Assembly (NCBI RefSeq): GCF_044324875.1
Contig: NZ_CP172186.1
Source of the DNA: Escherichia coli
GTDB taxonomy: Bacteria > Pseudomonadota > Gammaproteobacteria > Enterobacterales > Enterobacteriaceae
Reading direction: 5' to 3' (one strand)
Length of the DNA stretch: 64,000 nt
A program made the position numbers and the translations under genes. Shown piece by piece: positions 10,120 to 20,308 of the stretch (within the stretch, counting starts at the first letter, position 1; the number at the start of each line of letters is the position of its first letter). The notes under the pieces were generated by a model, which did no database searches, was not told the DNA's origin, and was given only the letters and a program-made list of their open reading frames with translations.

Positions 10120-10353
10120 ATGAGCGAATATTTCAGAATACTTCAGGGACTGCCTGACGGTCCTTTTACCCGCAAACATGCCGAAGCCGTTGCCGCACAG
10201 TACCGGAATGTCTTTATCGAGGATGATCAGGGAACGCATTTTCGCCTGGTTGTCCGCAATAACAGTGGCCTGGTCTGGCGTACCTGGAATTTTGAGGACG
10301 GTGCCGGGTACTGGATGAACCATGCCATCCGTGATTTCGGCATTCTTAAGTAA
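10120..10353 (+). CDS. hypothetical small protein
   Basis: 77 aa from [10 protein letters not shown] (internal start of 10093..10353 ORF) after GGAGA RBS. Confidence 0.45.
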   Translation: MSEYFRILQGLPDGPFTRKHAEAVAAQYRNVFIEDDQGTHFRLVVRNNSGLVWRTWNFEDGAGYWMNHAIRDFGILK

Positions 10354-10416
10354 GAGAGGTGCCGGACGGGAACGCGTCCGGCAGACATACAACCATCCCG
10401 GTCAAAGGAGAAATAT

Positions 10417-12375
10417 ATGTCAGTTACAGAGTCTAAGACAAAAACGGAGCGTAAATCCAGCCGTAAACCTGCAAAAACGCAGGAAACCGTCCTGTCAGCC
10501 CTGCTGGCGCAGACGGAGGAAGTGAGCGTGCCGCTGGCCTCGCTGATTAAATCACCGCTGAATGTGCGCACGGTGCCGTATTCTGCGGAGTCTGTCAGCG
10601 AACTGGCGGACTCCATTAAAGGTGTCGGCCTGTTACAGAATCTGGTTGTTCATGCCCTGCCAGGTGACCGTTACGGTGTCGCCGCAGGCGGTCGCCGACT
10701 GGCTGCACTCAACATGCTGGCAGAGCGTGGCATCCTTACGGCTGACTGGCCTGTACGCGTGAAGGTTATTCCGCAGGAGCTGGCGACTGCCGCATCAATG
10801 ACTGAAAACGGTCATCGTCGGGATATGCACCCTGCTGAACAGATCGCCGGATTCCGCGCAATGGCGCAGGAAGGCAAAACACCTGAGCAGACTGGCGACC
10901 TGCTGGGCTATTCACCCCGCCACGTCCAGCGAATGCTGAAACTGGCAGACCTTGCACCCGTCATCCTTGATGCGCTGGCAGAAGACCGCATCACCACCGA
11001 ACACTGTCAGGCGCTGGCGCTGGAGAACGACACCGCGCGTCAGGTGCAGGTGTTTGAAGCCGCCTGCCAGTCAGGATGGGGCGGTAAACCGGATGTGCGG
11101 GTTATCCGCAACCTGATTACCGAAAGTGAAGTGGCGGTGGCGGGGAACAGTAAATTCCGCTTCGTGGGGGCTGATGCCTTCTCGCCAGACGAACTGCGCA
11201 CCGATTTGTTCAGCGATGACGGGGACGGTTATGTCGACCGCGTGGCGCTCGATGCCGCCCTGCTGGAAAAACTCCAGGCTGTCGCTGAACACCTTCGGGA
11301 AGCCGAAGGCTGGGAATGGTGCGCCGGGCGCATGGAGCCTGTCGGTGAGTGCCGTGAGGATGCCGGAACATACCGCTGTCTGCCGGAGCCGGAAGCGGTG
11401 CTGACGGAGGCGGAATACGAACGCCTGAACGAACTGATGACGCGTTACGACGCGCTGGAAAACCAGTGTGAGGAATCCGACCTGCTGGAAGCAGAAATGA
11501 AGCTGATGCGCTGCATGGCGAAGGTCAGAGCGTGGACGCCGGAGATACGTGCCGGAAGCGGTGTGGTGGTGTCCTGGCGTTATGGCAACGTATGTGTCCA
11601 GCGTGGTGTGCAGTTGCGCAGTGAAGATGACGCGACTGACGACGCTGACCGCACGGAACAGGTGCAGGAGAAAGCGTCAGTGGAGGAAATCAGCCTGCCG
11701 TTGCTGACGAAAATGTCCTCAGAGCGCACGCTGGCAGTCCAGGCGGCACTCATGCAGCAGCCGGACAAATCCCTGACACTGCTGGCATGGACGCTCTGCC
11801 TGAATGTGTTTGGCAGCGGGGCGTACAGTAAACCAGCACAAATCAGCCTGGAATGTGAACATTATTCGCTGACCAGCGATGCGCCATCGGGGAAGGAAGG
11901 TGCCGCATTCATGGCGCTGATGGCAGAAAAATCCCGTCTTGCAGCCCTGCTGCCGGAGGGATGGTCACGGGACATGACGACATTCCTGTCCCTCAGTCAG
12001 GAGGTGCTGTTATCCCTGCTCAGTTTCTGCACCGCATGCAGCCTTAACGGTGTCCAGACCCGTGAGTGTGGTCACACGTCACGCAGTCCGCTTGACTCGC
12101 TGGAAATCGCTATCGGATTCCACATGCGCGACTGGTGGCAGCCGACAAAAGCAAACTTCTTCGGACACCTGAAAAAGCCACAAATTATCGCAGCCCTGAA
12201 TGAGGCCGGACTGTCCGGTGCCGCACGGGACGCGGAGAAGATGAAGAAAGGTGATGCGGCTGAACATGCAGAGCACCATATGAAAGACAACCGCTGGGTT
12301 CCAGGCTGGATGTGTGCACCACATCCACAGACAGATGCCACTGAACGCACCGATAACCTGACTGATGCCGCCTGA
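10417..12375 (+). CDS. ParB/Srx-like nuclease-domain protein (large leading-region ParB-like protein)
   Basis: 652 aa; N-terminal ParB-like box ...VPLASLIKSPLNVRTVPY...GLLQNLVVHAL...GGRRLAALNML... Confidence 0.75.
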   Translation: MSVTESKTKTERKSSRKPAKTQETVLSALLAQTEEVSVPLASLIKSPLNVRTVPYSAESVSELADSIKGVGLLQNLVVHALPGDRYGVAAGGRRLAALNMLAERGILTADWPVRVKVIPQELATAASMTENGHRRDMHPAEQIAGFRAMAQEGKTPEQTGDLLGYSPRHVQRMLKLADLAPVILDALAEDRITTEHCQALALENDTARQVQVFEAACQSGWGGKPDVRVIRNLITESEVAVAGNSKFRFVGADAFSPDELRTDLFSDDGDGYVDRVALDAALLEKLQAVAEHLREAEGWEWCAGRMEPVGECREDAGTYRCLPEPEAVLTEAEYERLNELMTRYDALENQCEESDLLEAEMKLMRCMAKVRAWTPEIRAGSGVVVSWRYGNVCVQRGVQLRSEDDATDDADRTEQVQEKASVEEISLPLLTKMSSERTLAVQAALMQQPDKSLTLLAWTLCLNVFGSGAYSKPAQISLECEHYSLTSDAPSGKEGAAFMALMAEKSRLAALLPEGWSRDMTTFLSLSQEVLLSLLSFCTACSLNGVQTRECGHTSRSPLDSLEIAIGFHMRDWWQPTKANFFGHLKKPQIIAALNEAGLSGAARDAEKMKKGDAAEHAEHHMKDNRWVPGWMCAPHPQTDATERTDNLTDAA

Positions 12376-12429
12376 TGAACAACCACACCGCCCCGCCGGA
12401 GACGGGGCGGCAGCAAGGGAGATACCGTG

Positions 12430-12864
12430 ATGAAAACTGAACTGACCCTGAATGCCCTGCAGTCCATGAACGCACAGGAATATGAAGATATCCGTGCTGC
12501 GGGAAGCGATATGCGCCGTAATCTCACTCACGAGGTGATGCGTGAAGTGGACGCACCGGCTAACTGGATGATGAATGGCGAGTATGGCAGTGAGTTCGGG
12601 GGCTTTTTCCCCGTCCAGGTTCGTTTCACGCCAGCCCACGAACGTTTCCACCTGGCATTATGTTCGCCGGGAGACGTCTCTCAGCTCTGGATGCTGGTTC
12701 TGGTGAGTGGTGGTGGACAGCCTTTCGCCGTCGTTCAGGTGCAACATATCTTCACGCCTGTCGCGATCAGTCACACGCTGGCGCTCGCCGCGACACTTGA
12801 TGCGCAGGGATACAGTGTTAACGACATCATTCATATTTTGATGGCAGAAGGAGGTCAGGCATGA
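12430..12864 (+). CDS. psiB: plasmid SOS inhibition protein PsiB
   Basis: 144 aa [27 protein letters not shown]...[32 protein letters not shown]...; near-identical to recalled PsiB. Confidence 0.9.
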   Translation: MKTELTLNALQSMNAQEYEDIRAAGSDMRRNLTHEVMREVDAPANWMMNGEYGSEFGGFFPVQVRFTPAHERFHLALCSPGDVSQLWMLVLVSGGGQPFAVVQVQHIFTPVAISHTLALAATLDAQGYSVNDIIHILMAEGGQA

Positions 12865-13071
12865 GCGCATGCAAAATGGCATCTGAATCGATCGCAGTTT
12901 GGCATTCGAATCGATCATGATTTGGCATCCATCTCCGATCACAGTTTGGCATCACAATCGATCACGATTTGGCATGCTTCCGATCATTGATTGGCATCCT
13001 GCCAGTCACTCCGGGAATTAACTCTTTTCACCACAGTCTCCATTGCCGTGTTTAAACCAGTGGAGACGTCA

Positions 13072-14637
13072 ATGTCCAGAAAGAGAAAATCCAGGAGCAC
13101 TATGGAAACCTGTTTTAAGATCCTTCAGCTCAAGTTCGACAAGAAGCTGACTAACCGTTGTATCGGACTGACGTTACACATCAGCGCCTCAACCGTTTTT
13201 GAGGTTCTTGCCCGCTTCAAAGCCTCTTCTCTGTCATGGCCATTACCTGCTGATATATCCCATGACACGCTGGAGAAACTCATTTTTCCGCCCAAAGACA
13301 CCTTTGCATCAGAGCTTGTAATGCCTGACATGTTGTACTTCGATACGGAAATGAGAAAACCAGGTGTGACGCGGCAACTGTTGTGGATGGAATACAAGGC
13401 ACAGGCGGGTAACAAAGCGATGGGATACTCGCACTTCTGCCGTTGCTACCGGGAGTGGAAAAAAACGCGACGTCTCTCCATGCGCCAGGAGCATCGTGCC
13501 GGCGAAAAGCTTTTTATCGACTTCTGTGGTCCTACGGTTCCTGTTATTAATCCGGACACCGGTGAGATACGCCGCGTGGCAATCTTCGTGGCCGTAATGG
13601 GGGCGTCCAACTATACCTACGTTGAAGCGTGCGAAGGTCAGGACATGATGTCATGGTTAAATGCCCACAGCCGTTGCCTGACCTTCCTGGGCGGCGTACC
13701 GAAGCTGCTCATCCCCGATAACCTCAGAAGCGCAGTGAAAAAGGCCGATCGATATGAGCCTGTCATCAACGACAGTTATCAGGCACTGGCTGAGCACTAT
13801 GGCACGGTTATCATCCCGGCCCGACCACGCAAACCTAAAGATAAACCAAAAGCAGAAAACGGCGTCCTCATCGTTGAACGATGGCTTCTTGCCCGCATCC
13901 GTAATGAAACCTTCCACACGCTCAGGGCGCTGAATGCGCGCCTTAGGGAGTTACTGACAGACATGAATAACCGGCCAATGAAGGGGTACGGCAATCAAAC
14001 CCGTGCAGAACGCTTCCGCATACTGGATGCGCCAGCACTCTCTCCGCTGCCTCTGGCACCTTATGAATACACGGAATACAAAGCTGTGAAGGTTGGCCCT
14101 GACTACCACGTTGAATATGCCCGTCACTGGTACTCCGTTCCACACGAACTGGTCGGTCAGCGTCTGTCACTGAAGGCGGGGCAGTCGGTGGTACAGCTCT
14201 GGCACAAGGGGCAGTGTGTGGCGCAACATCCGCGCAGCACACATGAATATAAACACACAACCAATCCGCTTCACATGCCAGAGCGCCACCGGCAGCACGG
14301 GACATGGACACCGGAACGCCTGATCGAGCAGGGAAAACGTACGGGCCCGTCCACAGGCCGGGTGGTTGAATCCATGCTGAAGGCAAAACCCCATCCGGAA
14401 CTGGCTTATCGTGCAGTTCTGGGGCTGCTGGCACTTCAGAAAAAATACGGCCCGGAACGGCTGGAAAAGGCCTGTTACGTTGCCCTGCACTATAACGCCC
14501 CTGACAGACGCTTTATCGACAATCTGCTGCGTCACCATCGGGAGAACCTGGAGCTTCCATTATCCCGCCAGGGCGAACAACATCCGGCATATGCTTCAGA
14601 GCATGAAAACCTGCGTGGTCCGGGCTACTACCACTGA
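13072..14637 (+). CDS. istA: IS21-family transposase IstA
   Basis: ~521 aa, HTH N-terminus and DDE integrase core; start chosen at MSRKRKS after GGAGACG RBS. Confidence 0.85.
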   Translation: MSRKRKSRSTMETCFKILQLKFDKKLTNRCIGLTLHISASTVFEVLARFKASSLSWPLPADISHDTLEKLIFPPKDTFASELVMPDMLYFDTEMRKPGVTRQLLWMEYKAQAGNKAMGYSHFCRCYREWKKTRRLSMRQEHRAGEKLFIDFCGPTVPVINPDTGEIRRVAIFVAVMGASNYTYVEACEGQDMMSWLNAHSRCLTFLGGVPKLLIPDNLRSAVKKADRYEPVINDSYQALAEHYGTVIIPARPRKPKDKPKAENGVLIVERWLLARIRNETFHTLRALNARLRELLTDMNNRPMKGYGNQTRAERFRILDAPALSPLPLAPYEYTEYKAVKVGPDYHVEYARHWYSVPHELVGQRLSLKAGQSVVQLWHKGQCVAQHPRSTHEYKHTTNPLHMPERHRQHGTWTPERLIEQGKRTGPSTGRVVESMLKAKPHPELAYRAVLGLLALQKKYGPERLEKACYVALHYNAPDRRFIDNLLRHHRENLELPLSRQGEQHPAYASEHENLRGPGYYH

Positions 14638-14653
14638 CAGAAGGAACAACAGT

Positions 14654-15409
14654 ATGAGTGATAACCTGTTAAACAAACTGACCCAACTGAAACTCCCGGC
14701 GATGGCCGGGAGCCTGATACGGCAGCGGGAAACGCCTCAGACCTACGACGAACTGTCGTTCGAGGAAAGGCTGACGCTGCTGGTTGATGACGAGCTTCTG
14801 AGCAGGGAAAACAGCCGTGTGGCACGGTTGAGAAAAAATGCCGGCCTGAAATACCAGGCAACACCGGAAGGGCTGCGCTATCCGGCCTCAAGAGGTCTGC
14901 GGGCTGAACAGATGAGAGAACTGCTGAACGGCCACTACATAACCCACAGGAAAAACCTGCTGATAACCGGTCCGACAGGATGTGGCAAGAGCTGGATAGC
15001 CAATGCGCTGGGCGAACAGGCATGTCGACAGAAACACAGCGTCCGGTACTGTAGAACCGGGCGATTACTGGAACAACTGGCTCAGGGACGTGTTGATGGC
15101 AGCTGGCTGAAATATCTGAAACAGTTGCAAAAAATACAGGTTCTAATCCTGGACGATCTGGGGCTGGAACAGTTAAGTAACGCCCAGTGTAATGACCTTC
15201 TGGAGCTCATAGAGGATCGTTACGGACAAAGCAGCACGATAGTGGTAAGCCAGTTCCCGGTAGATAAATGGCATGGTCTGATGGAGAACCCAACAACAGC
15301 AGATGCCATCCTGGACAGACTGGTACATAACTCACACCGAGTGGTCCTTCAGGGAGAGTCACTGAGGAAAAATCCCCCGGTAGTGGAAAGCAGCGAAAAA
15401 ACGCGTTAA
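14654..15409 (+). CDS. istB: IS21-family helper ATPase IstB
   Basis: 251 aa; Walker A LLITGPTGCGKSW, Walker B ILILDDLG. Confidence 0.9.
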   Translation: MSDNLLNKLTQLKLPAMAGSLIRQRETPQTYDELSFEERLTLLVDDELLSRENSRVARLRKNAGLKYQATPEGLRYPASRGLRAEQMRELLNGHYITHRKNLLITGPTGCGKSWIANALGEQACRQKHSVRYCRTGRLLEQLAQGRVDGSWLKYLKQLQKIQVLILDDLGLEQLSNAQCNDLLELIEDRYGQSSTIVVSQFPVDKWHGLMENPTTADAILDRLVHNSHRVVLQGESLRKNPPVVESSEKTR

Positions 15410-15509
15410 AAAGCGGTAGAAAAAGTTAAGTTCCCGGTTGATCGAATGGATGCGAATCGCTGATCGGACTTCGATGCCAATCCGTGATCGAATAGAGCGG
15501 AATACGCAA

Positions 15510-16225
15510 GCGCACGTTCACGGGCACTGATCCCCCTCAGCGCAGAACAACAGGCCGCTATGCAGGCTGTGGCTGTCACCGAACAACGTCGTCGTCAGGG
15601 ACGCACACTTTCAGCATGGCCTTATGCCACCGCTTTCTTTCGCTGCCTGAATGGCAGTCGCCGGATTTCGCTGACCGATCTCCGCTTTTTTGCCCCTGCG
15701 CTGACGAAGGAGGAATTTCATGGCAACCGTCTCCTGTGGCTGGCTGCAGTGGACAAACTGATTGAAAGTTTTGGTGAAGTCTGTGTTCTTCCCCTGCCAT
15801 CCGATGCGGGGCATCGTTTGTTCCCGTCCGTTCCTTTTCGTGAAGGTGAGCGGCGTCGTCAGAAAACCACGCTGACAGAGCAGAAATACAGCCGCCAGCG
15901 GGAACGTGAGGCAGAACGACGGGAACGGGAATACCAGACATGTTTTGCTCAGGCGCAGATTGACCTTGCGTTTCATACTCCCGCCACGGTCGGAAGCTGG
16001 TTGTCCCGCTGGTCTGGTGTTGTTGAGGAGCATGATCTGGAAACGATTTTCTGGGGGTGGTGCGGGCGTTTTCCATCACTGTCATCATTTGACCGGTTTT
16101 TCTGGCAGGAGGAACCACTCTGGCGGTTGATTTTTGAAGCCGGTGAGGCCGGTCGTGGTGCACCGGTACAGGTACGTGCACTTGAGCAGTGGATGATCCC
16201 GAACAAGCTGGAGAACGTAATATGA
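15510..16225 (+). pseudogene. psiA: plasmid SOS inhibition protein PsiA, separated from its first three codons (12861..12869) by the IS21-family insertion
   Basis: Joining ATGAGCGCA to the sequence after the IS gives MSARSRALIPLSAEQQAAMQAVAVTEQRRRQGRTLSAWPY..., matching PsiA. Confidence 0.8.
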
Positions 16226-16818
16226 TGAAATCAGACGAAAAATACCAGGTTCCCGCGTGGATGCGACCTCTGTTGCCGTTGCTCTGCAACACCGGGGAGA
16301 ACGATCCGGAAGAACTGCTGAATGATACAGAAACCACTGCCAGTGCGAATGTTGTCCGTTATGTGCTGATAGTTGCTGTGCGGTCGCAGGTTGATCTGCT
16401 GCAGCTTCTGTACAGGAAAGGGCTGTTGCGCACAGAGATACCAGGTGGCTTTTCACCGGAAGAAGCGCAGGAACTCCTGGATAATCTGGTGCGCAGCCAT
16501 ATCAGCAGGGCGCTGTCGGGTGAGCGAATGGCAGCCCGTGACAGGAATGCCGATCTGGCCTGGATTCGACAGCAACTGGTCGATGCCGCCTGGTTTGTCC
16601 GTGCCACACTGGAAGCGCATGGGATGAGCGTCGGAAATGAGAGTCCCCCTGCTCAGCCGGAGACAATGCCGGACATACAGACACGGGAACTGGTGATGTT
16701 GATCAAGCGACTGGCATCATCGCTGAAAGCGGTGAAACCGGACAGTTGTGTGGTGCGTGAAGCGCAGGACTGGCTGCGCGACAGAAAACTTGTGAGCATC
16801 ACGGATGTTCTTCGGTGA
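16222..16818 (+). CDS. leading-region hypothetical protein
   Basis: 198 aa from MMKSDEKYQ; start overlaps psiA stop. Confidence 0.55.
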   Translation: MMKSDEKYQVPAWMRPLLPLLCNTGENDPEELLNDTETTASANVVRYVLIVAVRSQVDLLQLLYRKGLLRTEIPGGFSPEEAQELLDNLVRSHISRALSGERMAARDRNADLAWIRQQLVDAAWFVRATLEAHGMSVGNESPPAQPETMPDIQTRELVMLIKRLASSLKAVKPDSCVVREAQDWLRDRKLVSITDVLR

Positions 16819-16917
16819 ACCAGTGGAGGTATGCTTGAGGAGCAGGGACATGCCGGCCATGATCGTTTCGTTCCAGGGGTGGTCTGGAGATCATGCGGCG
16901 TGTCCTCTGCACTCGCC

Positions 16918-17275
16918 GGAATAAGGACGTCGCCGCCGGCTCCGCTTTTACCCGGCCATGCGGGGCATGGCCTTGTGGGTTTTCAGCTCTGTGGCCTCAG
17001 CGTCGTGTGCGGGCTGTGCCGTGCCTCCATCGTAGCCGGGCTTCTGCGGGCGGGATGCAAGGTAAGATGAACCGCTGCGGTCACCCGGTCCCTCCTTCCC
17101 GTCTGCCGTGATTTTCCGGTCGTTCACCCGCTCAGATTTCGCGGTCTCACCCTCCAACTCCCGTCAGCCGTGCGCGTCGGGCTGCGGCTTTCCTTGCGCC
17201 CTTGCATCCCTGCAGGCCCGGCAAAGATGGAGGCACGGCACCGCCCGGTGTCGCAGAACATGTGACTATGGAGGA
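16918..17275 (+). promoter_or_regulatory. single-strand-promoter-like structured element, family A copy 2 (upstream of ardA)
   Basis: Near-identical to 4688..5040. Confidence 0.5.
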
Positions 17276-17282
17276 TTCGGGA

Positions 17283-17783
17283 ATGTCTGTTGTTGCACCT
17301 GCTGTATACGTTGGAACCTGGCACAAATATAACTGCGGAAGCATCGCCGGCCGCTGGTTTGACCTGACCACGTTTGATGATGAACGCGATTTTTTCGCCG
17401 CCTGCCGTGCCCTTCACCAGGATGAAACCGATCCGGAACTGATGTTTCAGGATTATGAGGGTTTCCCGGGGAATATGGCCTCTGAATGTCATATCAACTG
17501 GGCCTGGGTTGAAGGCTTCCGCCGGGCACGGGATGAAGGCTGCGAAGAGGCTTATCGTCTCTGGGTGGATGATACCGGTGAGACGGATTTTGACAGCTTC
17601 CGCGATGCCTGGTGGGGCGAGGCTGACAGTGAGGAGGCTTTTGCGGTTGAGTTCGTCAGTGATACCGGCCTGCTGGCTGACGTGCCGGAGACGGTGGCGC
17701 TCTATTTTGACTATGAGGCGTATGCGCGGGATTTATTCCTGGACTCCTTCACCTTTATTGACGGTCATGTGTTCCGTCGGTGA
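17283..17783 (+). CDS. ardA: antirestriction protein ArdA
   Basis: 166 aa MSVVAPAVYVGTWHKYNCGSIAGRWFDLTTFDDE...; acidic DNA-mimic, matches recalled ArdA. Confidence 0.9.
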   Translation: MSVVAPAVYVGTWHKYNCGSIAGRWFDLTTFDDERDFFAACRALHQDETDPELMFQDYEGFPGNMASECHINWAWVEGFRRARDEGCEEAYRLWVDDTGETDFDSFRDAWWGEADSEEAFAVEFVSDTGLLADVPETVALYFDYEAYARDLFLDSFTFIDGHVFRR

Positions 17784-17934
17784 TTTACTCCCCCGCTCCG
17801 GCGGGGGTATGGCCTGCCGGGCCGCCGGAAAACCCTGGCAGGCTTACGCCTGCCTGAAATACAGGAGGGCCGCGCCTGCGGCGCTGCCCTTCCTGCCCGT
17901 CATGGTGTGAGGCATTTTTCTGTTTTGTCGTTTC

Positions 17935-18505
17935 TGTTGTTCTGATGCCCGGAGGCGGGGACACCCTTCGGCTCCCGGCTGCCTGGCGGCATCCGGTCGT
18001 CGGCCCGACTCCGACAGGCAGCTGCTGGCGCACCCGCCAGTCTCCGCCGAACCCGCTGGCGCGGTTTCGGGCTGCCGCTACGGTCCGATGTCTGAAAAAC
18101 CAGGCCTGCAGCGACCGTTCCGGTCGCGCCGCCCCTGTCGCGCCGGAAACGGCGCTCCCTGCACACCTGACGGTGTGTAAGGCCACTGCGCCTGATGGCG
18201 CAGTCAACCCTTCCGCCGCCACCCCTGCGGCCTGTTTCCCGCTGTGGACTTTCCGGGGGCTGAAGCGGCCACAACACGGGGCAGCCGTCCAGGGGAGAGA
18301 TGTACCAGCCACAAAACTTTTTGCCGCAGGCGTCAAAAACTTTTGCGTCTGCCCCCGGACAACTGCCCCGTGCCGTGGCAGTCGCTGCCCCATCGGAAAG
18401 GTCCACTGCGGGGAGAAACCCCGAAGAAGTGGACGGCAGAAGGGGCTTTCGCCCCTCCGGGGGAGCAACCGGTCGGCCCGGCGACCTGATTCAGCAGAAG
18501 GAGAC
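17935..18505 (+). promoter_or_regulatory. single-strand-promoter-like structured element, family B copy 2
   Basis: Near-identical to 6290..6875. Confidence 0.5.
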
Positions 18506-18511
18506 GTTTTC

Positions 18512-18946
18512 ATGACAGTCAGCAGCACGATTTCCGTTTTTTGCCGAGACGGGGTGTTCCGTACCGTTTACTGCCACCTGCACGGTGAGCCGACCTGGAA
18601 CGGTCGCATCCTGCATACCCACTATGCCACCGGTCAGCTGGCCGAAGCCCTGGTTGAACACGGAGATATCCGTTGCCTCGGTCCCCGTTGCGACAAACCC
18701 GCCGGGCATACGCTTCAGAACCCGGTGGACGGTGTGACGGCTTATTACGGACGTGACAGTGGTTTCCGGATGGACAGTGAGGCGCGTGAGTACCGTTCTT
18801 TCAGGGAGGCTATTGCCACTGAAAGCACTGAAGAGGTGCGCTTCCATTATGTGTTCATCGACGGCTACTGGAAGGTGATGTACCGCACGCCGGAAGGCTG
18901 GAAGATGAAAGCGCTCGCGCTGGCACTGCGTCGCTGTCCGGAATGA
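18512..18946 (+). CDS. hypothetical protein directly downstream of a family-B element
   Basis: 144 aa from MTVSSTISVFCRDG; GAAGGAGACG RBS; the long 17945..18946 ORF upstream of this start is the repeat element read in frame. Confidence 0.6.
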   Translation: MTVSSTISVFCRDGVFRTVYCHLHGEPTWNGRILHTHYATGQLAEALVEHGDIRCLGPRCDKPAGHTLQNPVDGVTAYYGRDSGFRMDSEAREYRSFREAIATESTEEVRFHYVFIDGYWKVMYRTPEGWKMKALALALRRCPE

Positions 18947-19037
18947 AAAAAAGCAGGGCGATAAACCCTGCCTCTCTCCGCCGCTGCTTCCCGGCCAGGA
19001 AGAGCGGCAGTCATCAACAACATAAGGAGAAATATTT

Positions 19038-19304
19038 GTGAGACCATCAATTATCTTCGCAACCGCCGAGTATGTAAAGCGTCTGCGTGAAGAGTGCCTG
19101 CGGGAGAATAAACCCCTGCACCGCCATACCCGCTTCAGACGTCAGGAGCTGGCACAGGATGAGATTAACCCGGACGTCCTGGCGATGAGCGGTCATATCG
19201 CCAGACGCTGCAGTGAGCAGAAGCGGGTGCGTATCCCCGCCATGAAAGTCAGCGAATGGGGCCACCTGCTCCGCGCGCTTGAAATTGAACGGGTCTGTCA
19301 CTGA
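19038..19304 (+). CDS. hypothetical small protein (GTG start)
   Basis: 88 aa; AAGGAGA RBS 8 nt upstream. Confidence 0.4.
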   Translation: MRPSIIFATAEYVKRLREECLRENKPLHRHTRFRRQELAQDEINPDVLAMSGHIARRCSEQKRVRIPAMKVSEWGHLLRALEIERVCH

Positions 19305-19368
19305 TTAACCCTTGCCGTCTGCCTGTGCAGGCGGCAGGATACGTTCAGACATCTCACCAGGAGGAACC

Positions 19369-20247
19369 GTGAGTAAGAAGAAAAACACCACAACGCCCAC
19401 GCCGCATGATGCCGCGTTCCGGTCGTTCCTGGCGAATCCCGACGTTGCCAGGGATTTTCTGGAGTTGCATCTTCCTGCGGAGTACCGGCAGTTGTGCGAC
19501 CTGTCCACCCTGAAGCTGGAACCCGCCACCTTTGTTGAGCCGGACCTGCATCAGTACGCCAGCGATATCCTCTGGAGTGTGAAAACCACCGGGGGTGAAG
19601 ACGGCTATGTTTATACGCTCATCGAGCACCAGAGCACCGAAAATCTGTACATGCCTTTTCGCATGTTACGTTACAGTGTGGCGGCGATGCAGAGACATCT
19701 GGAGCAGCACAAAACGTTGCCACTGGTCATTCCGGTGCTGTTCTATCACGGTGAGCGCAGCCCGTACCCGTACAGCATGAACTGGCTGGACTGTTTTGAG
19801 AATCCGGCACTTGCGGCTAAAATATACACAAAGCCGTTTCCGCTGGTTGATATCACTGTCGTTGATGACAATGAAATCATGAACCATCGCCGGATGGCCG
19901 CACTGACGCTGCTGATGAAGCATATCCGCCATCGTGACATGATGGAGCTGCTGGACAAACTCCCGCAGGTCATGGTGGAAATTTCAGACGAGCAGGTGCG
20001 TGTTCTGATTCATTACATCGTTAACGCAGGGGACACTGTATCACCGGAATTTATGCGGGCGCTGGCCGAGCGCCTGCCGCAGCATGAGGATAAACTGATG
20101 ACAATCGCAGAACGTCTTGAGCAGAAAGGTGCGCTTGAAAAAGCCCTGGCCATTGCGCGTCAGCTTCAGAAAATGGGGATGACACCTGAGCAGATTAAGC
20201 AGGCCACCGGACTTTCCGAAGCTGAACTGAAAAAAGTCATTCACTGA
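19369..20247 (+). CDS. rpn: Rpn-family (YhgA-like, PDDEXK) recombination-promoting nuclease
   Basis: 292 aa from GTG after AGGAGG RBS; ...TPTPHDAAFRSFLANPDVARDFLELHLP...DILWSVKT...YTLIEHQSTENLYMPFRMLRYSVAAM... typical Rpn N-terminal nuclease domain. Confidence 0.8.
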   Translation: MSKKKNTTTPTPHDAAFRSFLANPDVARDFLELHLPAEYRQLCDLSTLKLEPATFVEPDLHQYASDILWSVKTTGGEDGYVYTLIEHQSTENLYMPFRMLRYSVAAMQRHLEQHKTLPLVIPVLFYHGERSPYPYSMNWLDCFENPALAAKIYTKPFPLVDITVVDDNEIMNHRRMAALTLLMKHIRHRDMMELLDKLPQVMVEISDEQVRVLIHYIVNAGDTVSPEFMRALAERLPQHEDKLMTIAERLEQKGALEKALAIARQLQKMGMTPEQIKQATGLSEAELKKVIH

Positions 20248-20259
20248 TGAGAGCATCAC

Positions 20260-20285
20260 AGCCCGGCAAAATGCCGGGCTTTTTG
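20260..20285 (+). terminator. intrinsic terminator after rpn
   Basis: AGCCCGGCA-AAA-TGCCGGGCT followed by TTTT. Confidence 0.5.
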
Positions 20286-20308
20286 CCAGCAGGAGCAGAG
20301 CAAACAGC

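Larger units (their letters stand above)
12870..15509 (+). mobile_element. IS21-family insertion sequence, copy 1 (~2.64 kb) inserted in psiA codon 3
   Basis: Ends TGCAAAATGGCATC...GGAATACGCA with multiple terminal sub-repeats; istA+istB; flanked by AGCGCA/AGCGCA direct repeat. Confidence 0.85.

Noticed and set aside
12991-13071. IstA start at 12991 (548 aa)
   Set aside because: The first 27 codons lie within the IS terminal sub-repeats; the ATG at 13072 has an RBS and gives a conventional IstA N-terminus.
17945-18946. 333-aa ORF spanning the family-B repeat into the 144-aa gene
   Set aside because: The upstream two-thirds is the repeated GC-rich structured element, open in frame by composition. 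A strong RBS and ATG at 18512 define the real start.
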